NCBI GenBank assembly: GCA_003139615.1
Contig: PLJH01000134.1
Location: 3,705-67,704 of the forward strand
Length of the DNA: 64,000 nucleotides
Direction of reading: 5' to 3'
Origin: Alphaproteobacteria bacterium
GTDB taxonomy: Bacteria > Pseudomonadota > Alphaproteobacteria > Micropepsales > Micropepsaceae
The position numbers and the translations under genes are program-made. Position 1 is the first letter of the stretch. Each line of letters opens with the position of its first letter. Positions 41,502-49,446 of the stretch are shown in pieces. Below the pieces are notes generated by a model. That model searched no databases, was not told where the DNA came from, and saw only the letters and a list, made by a program, of their open reading frames with translations.

Positions 41502-42014
41502 ATGAGACCCGGTCTTGCGGCGCACTATTTCATCGACAAAGTCGGGCGTTACCTGCTTATGACGACATTGGGAATTGGAGTCGTATCTCTGCTACTTACC
41601 ACCACTTCTTCTGGACAGACTCCGGAAAAGCCCTCGCATTTTGATCAGAGACTGCTCATCCTGAGCGCCGGAGGTGCGGCGTGTTCAATTAAGCAAGACG
41701 GCAAACTGATTGAACAGCTTGTTACCCCGATTATAACGAACGAATATTCTGCAAAGATTATTACATTGCATATGTCATCGCAAGACGACATTGTCGTGAC
41801 CTGCTCCAAAGAGGGCTATGACGACCAATCGAGAGTACTTTCCTATGGTCCGGAGACATGGATTGCAGATCATGCACCCTGTCCAGCGCCGGAGCATGCC
41901 AGTACGGAGGAAATTCGAGCAGATTGCGCCAACTACAATTCAGCAACGACGAGTACAAGAATGGAATTCCCGGAAGCGACCTCGCTCCTTCTCAAACGTA
42001 GGGAAGTCAAATAG
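41502..42014 (+). CDS. Exported hypothetical protein, candidate immunity protein
   Basis: GGAGG SD, hydrophobic N-terminal stretch, four Cys, directly after the toxin tip. Confidence 0.6.
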   Translation: MRPGLAAHYFIDKVGRYLLMTTLGIGVVSLLLTTTSSGQTPEKPSHFDQRLLILSAGGAACSIKQDGKLIEQLVTPIITNEYSAKIITLHMSSQDDIVVTCSKEGYDDQSRVLSYGPETWIADHAPCPAPEHASTEEIRADCANYNSATTSTRMEFPEATSLLLKRREVK

Positions 42015-42041
42015 CGAATTCGGGTGTGTCCCTTCTTCCGG

Positions 42042-42958
42042 GAAATACGGGGACGTCTAATCTATTTCCAAATGCAACCACAGTGATGCGTTGCGATTGC
42101 TGCAGCGCAATTCGGGGGACGCTTAATCTATTTTCAAATCTTGTCGTGGTCTGCGCCGACGACAAACCGACACGGGATTCCGGCTCGATAGGCCGTCGTC
42201 GACCTTACGCCGACAAGGCGCGTGGCGATATATTTTGGTCATGGCTCGTCTCGCTCGCATCGTCGTCCCCCGATGTCCGCATCACGTTACCCAGCGCGGC
42301 AATCGGCGCGAGCCCATTTTCTTCGAGGTCGGCGACCAGGAAATCTATCGCGATCTTCTCGCCGAACATTGCAGCAAATCGTCGGTCGAGGTCTGGGCCT
42401 ATTGCTTCATGCCAAACCACGTTCACCTCATTCTCACGCCAAACGACGCCTCGGGTCTCGCGCGGGCATTGGGCGATACGCATCGACGCTACACCACGTT
42501 CGTCAACGCGCGAGGGCGCTGGAGCGGGCATCTTTTCCAGAACCGTTTCGCCTCCGTCGCGATGGACGAAGCCCATCTCATCGCCGCCGTGCGCTATGTC
42601 AGCCTCAATCCCGTGCGCGCAAGGCTGGTGGCGCGTACGGAAGAATGGCCATGGTCGAGCGTTCGCGCCCATCTCGCCGCGCAAGACGACGAACTCGTTG
42701 CGGTGGCGCCGGTTCTGTCACGCGTGCCCGATTTCGAGTCCCTCATCGCGCCGGATGACGGCGACGAGCGCGCCTTTGCGAACATTCGCGCAGCCGAAGG
42801 AACGGGCCGGCCGCTCGGCAACGCGCAATTTATCGAAGGCCTCGAGCGGATTCTCGGCCGCACCATCGCCCGGCGCGCGCCGGGTCGCAAACGAAAGAGC
42901 GGCGATGACGACACGCCGCTGCTCTTGTAACGAAATGGATTAGACGTCCCCGTATTTC
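42042..42958 (+). mobile_element. RAYT-type HUH transposase element bounded by 27-bp inverted repeats
   Basis: GAAATACGGGGACGTCTAATCTATTTC (42042-42068) versus the reverse complement of 42932-42958: one mismatch; extra degenerate copy at 42109-42135. Confidence 0.9.
42241..42930 (+). CDS. Y1 HUH transposase (REP-associated tyrosine transposase / IS200-like)
   Basis: HHVTQRGNRR, YCFMPNHVHL (HUH), LFQNRF, RYVSLNPVRA (catalytic Tyr), WPWSS; frame intact. Confidence 0.93.
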   Translation: MARLARIVVPRCPHHVTQRGNRREPIFFEVGDQEIYRDLLAEHCSKSSVEVWAYCFMPNHVHLILTPNDASGLARALGDTHRRYTTFVNARGRWSGHLFQNRFASVAMDEAHLIAAVRYVSLNPVRARLVARTEEWPWSSVRAHLAAQDDELVAVAPVLSRVPDFESLIAPDDGDERAFANIRAAEGTGRPLGNAQFIEGLERILGRTIARRAPGRKRKSGDDDTPLLL

Positions 42959-42960
42959 GG

Positions 42961-43143
42961 GTATATAACGACAACTGTGGTTGCGATGATGACAACGGAG
43001 CGCAATCTCCCCAGCCAGTACCGTCTCCGACTCCAGAATTGCCGCCGGCTTCTGACGATGAAAAAAAGGCTGTCGTCGAATTGACTGTTGGTGGTGTAAT
43101 ATTCTGGATTATTGTCATCGGGGGGCTGCCCGCCGGAATTTGA
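42961..43143 (+). pseudogene. Start-less C-terminal fragment of a putative polymorphic toxin
   Basis: YNDNCGCDDDNGAQSPQPVPSPTPELPP...VGGVIFWIIVIGGLPAGI*; begins at the element's right end; stop is 2 nt before the next ATG. Confidence 0.5.
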
Positions 43144-43145
43144 AC

Positions 43146-43613
43146 ATGATCAATATCCTAAATCGGCGTGGCGACGTGTTGTTCACATATCCGAATGCTA
43201 ACGGATTAGACTTTGATGGGGCTGATCTTCGTCACGCGACGCTCAAGGGGGCGGTGCTGAATGGAGCGAGTTTTGTCGACGCGGACCTTTCGGACGCGTG
43301 CTTGGAAAACGGCGATCTATATTGGGCAATCCTATTTAGGGCTAATTTGCAACGAGCAAATTTGCGTGGCGCTCTCCTAATGGGTTGTGATCTTAAGGAG
43401 GCAAATTTGAGTCATGCCGACCTGACCAATGCGAATCTCGGGCCAGATAACATGGGCGGATTCACTCATTTGGAAGGGGCAAATCTCTCAAGCTGTAAGA
43501 TCGACGGTGCAATATTGAATGGCGCAATCTATGACATTGCAACGATTTTTCCTGAAGGGTTCGACCCCAGGGACAGCAATATGACTAAGAGAATCCGTAG
43601 ACACGATACGTAA
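43146..43613 (+). CDS. Pentapeptide-repeat protein, candidate immunity protein
   Basis: ADLRHATLKGAVLNGASFVDADLSDACL... A(D/N)Lxx repeats. Confidence 0.88.
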   Translation: MINILNRRGDVLFTYPNANGLDFDGADLRHATLKGAVLNGASFVDADLSDACLENGDLYWAILFRANLQRANLRGALLMGCDLKEANLSHADLTNANLGPDNMGGFTHLEGANLSSCKIDGAILNGAIYDIATIFPEGFDPRDSNMTKRIRRHDT

Positions 43614-43619
43614 ACCTGA

Positions 43620-44420
43620 CAGCGCGTGCAGAAGACCGTCGGCAGGGCCGTAACGGACTTCATCTGTGACCTTTCAGCCACCTGCTCACGGAGGCGAATG
43701 GTGCTTCTGGCGCGATGCTGCTCGAATATATCTGGAACAATGATACTGCGTTTCCCGGGCCAATATACCGACACCGCGACTGCGCTGAACCAGAACTGGT
43801 TCCGCGATTACGATCCTGCGATTGGACGCTATGTCGAGAGTGATCCCGTTGGATTGTTGGGTGGTATCAACACTTACGCTTACGTCGATGGGAACCCGCT
43901 CAGTTTGAAGGACCCTTCGGGCAGATTAGGCTTGGTGGGCGCAGGCATTGGCGCGGGCATCGGCGGAGGCGGGGACCTCGCGTATCAGTTATACGAGAAC
44001 GGTGGACGACTAGGGTGCGTTAACTGGGGACAAGTTGCCGCTGCGGCGGGGATTGGCGCCTTCATCGGCTCGGGGGCCGAATTTCTTTTCGCTGGAGAGG
44101 CGTTGGCAGACACAATCCCGCTATTCAGGGCCGTAAATCCCGCCGAGCTTTCGGACATTGAGGCGACAAGAGGGTTTCGAAATCCCTTTGGTACAGAAGT
44201 TAAGTACTTTTCTACCACCGAAGAGGGCGCTTCATCTTACGCGCAGCAGACTTCCGGAACGGGCTTCTATCAAGGGCCATATACGATCGTTCAAACAACC
44301 GCTCCCGCAGATATCCTCAATAATCCATTGCTCACCAGTACTGTGGATCGTGGTATATCCACCGTGACGGATCCGACTGAAACGCTTCCGCAATTAGGAC
44401 CAATACAAATATTGCCATAA
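43620..44420 (+). pseudogene. Orphan Rhs core fragment plus C-terminal toxin domain
   Basis: LRFPGQY, RDYDPAIGRYVESDPVGLLGGINTYAYVDGNPLSLKDPSG; upstream QRVQKTVG..TDFICDLS/HLLTEANG..EYIW is frameshifted and joined directly to LRFPGQY. Confidence 0.88.
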
Positions 44421-44573
44421 GGTCTTATACGAACTGGATTCGAACTGGATTGGAGTTTGGGGTCAGCGTGCGAATTGGTAGCGTAGAAGGAGTTTGTGGC
44501 GAGGAGTTGAGAAAGCGCTTCTTTGCGAGTGCTTTGCCGGAACCGGATTTGAAGTAGCGTTCCAGACTGGGCG

Positions 44574-44796
44574 AATGTGGCGACGGGTCAGGCGTTGCAC
44601 GTCGGAAGGCGACGCTTCTTCGCGAACTGCGCCTCGGCCACAAGCTGCAGCACATCACCTGTCGTCGAAATCTCCAGTCTCCGGAATCTCCGGTCACAGA
44701 CCCACCCTGTTATTGGGACATGACGACGAGCGGCAATCCGAGCCGGGTGCGGGAAACACGCGCAACGAACCCGGCATCACGGGTCTGAGCACGACG
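44574..44796 (+). repeat. Island direct repeat, copy D (long form)
   Basis: High identity to 40577-40809. Confidence 0.92.
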
Positions 44797-45179
44797 AAGT
44801 GCAGGCGGGATTACCGGCAGGATTCAGCAGCACGATCTGGAGCGAGGGGCATCAATGGTGGGCTGCCTTGTCTCCTCGCGTTGCCGCCGGTGCGAAGCGG
44901 GGAGCGGTTTCTGACCAATTGGGTTGACAGAAGAACCGGGAGGGTCGTAGGCTTCAGAGGAACATTTCATGAACTAAACTGATGGATACGACAAAAACGC
45001 AGCAGCCGATGGACCGGGGGCGTCCTCGCCCGCCTCCTCGAAGCTTTGGCGCGCGAGCCCGCCAACGTCTGCGCAAACGTGACATTCCGGGCGGGCGAGG
45101 ACGCCCGCGGTGCATAAACAATTGCGTGCGTCTTCACGCTTGCATGTCACGTTCAGATGTTGAGCGGGGATTGCTCTCA

Positions 45180-45555
45180 ATCTTTCTTCCCCCGTTTACG
45201 GGGAAAGTACGGCCGAAGGCCGGGATGGGGGCACTCCAAGCGCCGAACGTCCCCCTTCGTCTCGCGCGCCGGCGCGCGCGATCCACTTCCCCCGCATGCG
45301 GGGGAAGAAAGAAGAACGATTCCCTGTTATTCCCTGTTTATCAGGGAATTTCATCGAACGCGGCTCGAACGGATTACGGCACGCGCGGGGCGCGTCCGTT
45401 CACGCGGAGAACGGGCGGATATCAGGCGAAAGAACAGGCGAAATATCAGGCGGAAAACAGGCGAAGATATTGCGTGTTGCTCACGCCAAAAGCCTTGCAA
45501 TCATTGGCTTATTTCTTGCCCGCGCACTGCGCGGGAATTTTTCGCGGTTGAAAGC
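45180..45555. repeat. Composite ~380-bp non-coding element (RIME-like hairpins plus ACAGGC/TCAGGC repeats)
   Basis: Colinear with the reverse complement of 8172-8570: RIME core, CCCTGTTAT..CCTGTTTA.CAGGG, four (A/T)CAGGC repeats, AATTTTTCGC tail. Confidence 0.82.
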
Positions 45556-45655
45556 AGGTTCGGGGCAGGGTCAATCCATTTCCCGGATTTCTTCCCATTG
45601 GACTGCAGCGCGGGAACATTGCCGCTGTTGTTTTATTCCGTCACGTTACTCCGCG

Positions 45656-47506
45656 ATGACCGAACATAGCGCGACGGCCAGGACGCCTGTCACGGAACGT
45701 GCCGGCCTATTGCTGCGCCGTTCCGCGATTGCGCTGACGCAACTCCGGCGTATCGTGCGTTCGAGCGAGGTCACGCAAATTTTCGCCTGCGCGTTGCTGG
45801 GCGCCGCAGTGGGCGGCATCACGGCCTTGCTGCGCGACGCCGTGGAATTCTTTCACCGCGTCGACTTTGCGCTTTCGGGTCCGACATTGCTGAGCGCCGG
45901 TCTGGGCATCGATCGCTGGAGAATTGCGCTCGTGCCTGCGCTCGGCGGTCTTTTGCTGGGGGCGATGGCGCTCGTCACGCGCCGGTTTCGCGGCGCCGAT
46001 ATCGTCGATCCCGTGGAAGCCAATGCGCTTTATGGCGGACGCATGTCGCTGGTCGACAGCCTCCGGCTTGCGCTTGCGACCTTCGTATCCAACGGCAGCG
46101 GCGCATCGCTCGGGATGGAGGCGGGTTATACGCAACTCGGTTGCGGACTCTTTTCGGCTATCGGCGGATATTTCAGCCTGCGCCGCGCAGACCGGCGGAT
46201 ATTCGTCACGGCGGGCGCCGCGGCCGCCATCGCTGCAGCATTCAACGCACCGTTGGCGGGCGCGTTTTATGGCTACGAGCTGATCCTCGGCGGCTACACG
46301 TTGAACGCGTTGGCGCCGGTTGCCGTCGCTGCGGTGTGTGGGACGTTGGCGCAAAACGCTTTGGGAGGCGACCAGGCGCTTTTTGCGGTGGCATCCGCAC
46401 AGCACGTCGATCTTCGCAGCTACGTCATATTCGGTGCGATGGGCGTATGCGCCGCGGGGCTCGGTATCTTCGCGATGATGTGCGTGACCTGGACGGAGCG
46501 CGGGCTGCGGCGCGTGTCGATTCCGGATTGGCTGAGACCGTTCATAGGCGGCATCGCGCTCTCCGCCATCGCGCTTTACGACCCGCAAGTCCTGGGAAGC
46601 GGTCACGGCGGAATCCAGTATCACCTCGAGACCCAATGGCCGCTTTTGCCGCTGGTTATCATGCTCATCGCAAAAGTGCTGGCGTCCGGAATTTCGGTCG
46701 GTTCGGGTTTTCGCGGCGGATTGTTCAGCTCGTCACTATTCATCGGTTGCCTGTTCGGCGCAGTGGCGGCGCTGGTCGCGACCGCCTTCGATCCGTCGTT
46801 CGAAGCGCAGCGCACGGCGTTTCTTCTCGTCGGAATGGCGTCGGTTGCGGCCGCGATCGTGGGCGCGCCGTTTACGATGGTGTTTCTCGTGCTGGAGGCG
46901 ACGGGCGATTTCCCGCTCACCATCGGCGTGCTCGTGAGCGTCATCACGGCGGCCACCATCGTGCGGCTCACCTTCGGATATTCGTTCTCGACCTGGCGAT
47001 TTCATGCGCGCGGGCTGGGACTTCGCGGCGCGCACGATATCGGCTGGATCGCCGATCTCAACGTCGCCCGGATGATGCGATCCGACCCGAAGGTCGTGGC
47101 AAGCGAGATGTCGCTCGCGGGGTTACGCGCCAAATATCCTCCGGGCAGCGCCAAGCGCGTCTTCGTCACGGCGCCCGACGGGCACTACGCGGGCTGGGTC
47201 GATATGGCCGCGGTACACGATCCGCAATTCGACGACGTCGTCGACGACGCGGCCGTGGCCGATATTGTCGGGCCCGCAACGTTCTATCTTCTACCGTCCG
47301 AAAATGTGCGAACGGCACTGGCGCGGTTCGAGCAGTCGCAGTCGGAGACTTTGCCCGTTCTTTCGGCACGCGCCGATCCGCGGGTCATCGGCTACATGAC
47401 CGAGGCCTTTGCGCTCAAGCGCTACGCGCAGGAGCTTGAGCGCAGGCGCAGCGCGGAACTCGGCGAAAAGGACCTGTTTTCACTCGGCCAAATGCCGAAT
47501 TCGTGA
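45656..47506 (+). CDS. CLC chloride channel/antiporter with CBS domains
   Basis: GASLGMEAG, AAAFNAPLAGAFY, GFRGGLF, MVFLVLEATG; C-terminal CBS pair. Confidence 0.92.
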   Translation: MTEHSATARTPVTERAGLLLRRSAIALTQLRRIVRSSEVTQIFACALLGAAVGGITALLRDAVEFFHRVDFALSGPTLLSAGLGIDRWRIALVPALGGLLLGAMALVTRRFRGADIVDPVEANALYGGRMSLVDSLRLALATFVSNGSGASLGMEAGYTQLGCGLFSAIGGYFSLRRADRRIFVTAGAAAAIAAAFNAPLAGAFYGYELILGGYTLNALAPVAVAAVCGTLAQNALGGDQALFAVASAQHVDLRSYVIFGAMGVCAAGLGIFAMMCVTWTERGLRRVSIPDWLRPFIGGIALSAIALYDPQVLGSGHGGIQYHLETQWPLLPLVIMLIAKVLASGISVGSGFRGGLFSSSLFIGCLFGAVAALVATAFDPSFEAQRTAFLLVGMASVAAAIVGAPFTMVFLVLEATGDFPLTIGVLVSVITAATIVRLTFGYSFSTWRFHARGLGLRGAHDIGWIADLNVARMMRSDPKVVASEMSLAGLRAKYPPGSAKRVFVTAPDGHYAGWVDMAAVHDPQFDDVVDDAAVADIVGPATFYLLPSENVRTALARFEQSQSETLPVLSARADPRVIGYMTEAFALKRYAQELERRRSAELGEKDLFSLGQMPNS

Positions 47507-47584
47507 GTTTTGGGCTTTCCGCCGCCGTTGCCTAGTTTTGCAGTCGGGATTACAGTGACCGTGGTACTTGGGGAGTCGTGAACA

Positions 47585-48016
47585 ATGCTCAAACGTCTTG
47601 GACAACTCGGAATTCTCGCGACGATTACCGGCGTTTGCTTTGCCGGCGCCCTCTCGGTGAGCGCCCAGGCGGCGGACGAGCCGGGTTATAAGCCGCCCCG
47701 GGTCGATGTCTCGGGAAACAACATGCAACCCGTCTATCCGAACACCGCTGTGTTCGGCGCGGAGCAGGGCTCGGTGGTGATGCAGGCCCTGGTGAATTCG
47801 GATGGCAAAGTCGAGCGGATGAAGCTCGCGCAGTCCAGCGGCTATGACGATCTCGACAATGCTGCGCTGGCGGCCGTGATGCGCTGGAAATTCATTCCTG
47901 CCTCGCGCGACGGCCAGTTTTACGAGATGCCGAAATGGGCGACGGTGAAGGTCGATTTCCAACTTCCGAACGCAGCGCCGGCTTACGGCGTATCGGCACC
48001 GAGTTCGGGTCACTAA
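47585..48016 (+). CDS. Signal-peptide plus TonB C-terminal domain protein
   Basis: YPNTAVFGAEQGSVV...SSGYDDLDNAALAAVMRWKFIPA. Confidence 0.85.
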   Translation: MLKRLGQLGILATITGVCFAGALSVSAQAADEPGYKPPRVDVSGNNMQPVYPNTAVFGAEQGSVVMQALVNSDGKVERMKLAQSSGYDDLDNAALAAVMRWKFIPASRDGQFYEMPKWATVKVDFQLPNAAPAYGVSAPSSGH

Positions 48017-48081
48017 CGCATAGGCTCTTTACAAGCCTCGCCGGGCGAACCATATCGGGGCGCCCGCCGAGGACTGTTGCC

Positions 48082-49213
48082 ATGCGCCCCGAGATCGAAC
48101 GGACCGTCGAAGATATCAAGCAGGCAGTGTCCCTGCTGAGGAGGCATCTTTGACTGGGACAAGTCCCTTCGCCGTCTCGACGAACTGAACGCCAAAGCCG
48201 AAGACCCTTCCATCTGGGACAAGCCGCAGGAGGCGCAAAGCCTCATGCGTGAGCGCCAGAAGCTCGAGGCCTCGCTCTCGGCCGTGCGCGGGCTTGAAAA
48301 CGAGCTGGCCGATGGGGTGGGCCTGATCGAACTCGCCGAAGCGGAAGACGACCAGAGCATTGTCGCCGATGCCGAGAAATCCATCATGCAACTCCATGCG
48401 CTGGCCGAAAACCTGCGGCTGCAGTCGATGTTGTCAGGCGAAGCAGACGCCAATGACAGCTATCTCGAGGTCCATGCCGGCGCGGGCGGCACTGAAAGCC
48501 AGGATTGGGCGGAGATGCTGTTCCGCATGTACACGCGCTGGGCGGAGCGGCACGGCTACAAGCTGCAACTGATCGAGGAAAGCGAAGGCGAGGGCGCCGG
48601 GCTCAAATCCGCGACGCTCCTCGTCAAGGGTGAGAACGCTTATGGCTGGCTCAAGTCGGAAGCGGGCGTTCATCGCCTGGTCCGCATCTCGCCGTTCGAT
48701 TCCAATGCGCGCCGCCATACGAGCTTTGCGAGCGTAACCGTGTTCCCTGTGATCGATCAAACGATCGAGATCGACATTTCGGAAAAAGATGTCCGGATCG
48801 ATACTTATCGCTCGTCCGGCGCCGGCGGCCAGCACGTCAATAAAACCGACAGTGCCGTGCGCATCACGCATTTGCCGACAGGCATTGCCGTGGCCTGCCA
48901 GACGGAGCGCTCGCAACATCAGAACAGGGCAATGTGCTGGGACATGCTGCGGTCGCGTCTCTACGAGATCGAGCTGGAAAAGAAGAAGGCCGAAACCGAC
49001 TCGCATATGGGCGAAAAGACCGACATCGGCTGGGGTCACCAAATCCGGTCCTACGTGCTGCAGCCCTACCAACTGGTCAAGGACCTGCGCACCGGCATCG
49101 AGAGCCGCGCGCCGCAGGACGTACTCGACGGCGATCTCGACCCCTTCATGGCCGCAGCCCTCGCGCAGGCAATCGGCGGCAAGCCCAAGGAAGAGATCAG
49201 GGATTTGGAGTAG
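48082..49213 (+). CDS. prfB: Peptide chain release factor 2 with programmed +1 frameshift
   Basis: MRPEIE...RRHL then CTT-TGA-C at 48148-48154 with internal AGGAGG 48139-48144; SPF and GGQ motifs. Confidence 0.98.
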
Positions 49214-49446
49214 CGAGGAATAGCGTGCAGCCTGAAATGATCTCTATTTCAAAGGCTTATCCGGGAATTCTGCATCTGCGCATGAGCAAGACTGGACATT
49301 GCCGAACACACGATTGTTTAGCCCGGTATACAACTTGAAGTTTTATCTGAATACATATTCCCTCTTGACGGGAAATTGGTCGGGCGCATCATCCTCAGTC
49401 TGACGGACTCGTGTGCGCATAGCCGCGACACCTTGAGGGGGAAACC

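Noticed and set aside
42042-42958. IS200/IS605 element with TnpB/IscB
   Set aside because: No RuvC-type gene adjacent; protein length and inverted ends fit a RAYT-type element better
39458-44697. Small minus-strand ORFs through the island repeat (EIPTTADVLPFVAEAQFAKKKRRLPT; MTGDSGDWRFRRQ)
   Set aside because: Reading frames and indels differ between copies and there are no consistent starts; treated as non-coding, though a coding remnant is not excluded
32151-44796. Canonical integron (attC array)
   Set aside because: Copies B and C contain GTTAAGC (fits GTTRRRY), but I found no complementary RYYYAAC partner forming an attC and there is no intI in the window
32151-44796. CRISPR array
   Set aside because: Repeats are long, degenerate and kilobases apart; no cas genes
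44982-45669. ORFs 44982..45551 and 45157..45669 and the 5' extension of the CLC ORF
   Set aside because: They run through the RIME composite repeat and have no protein-like motifs
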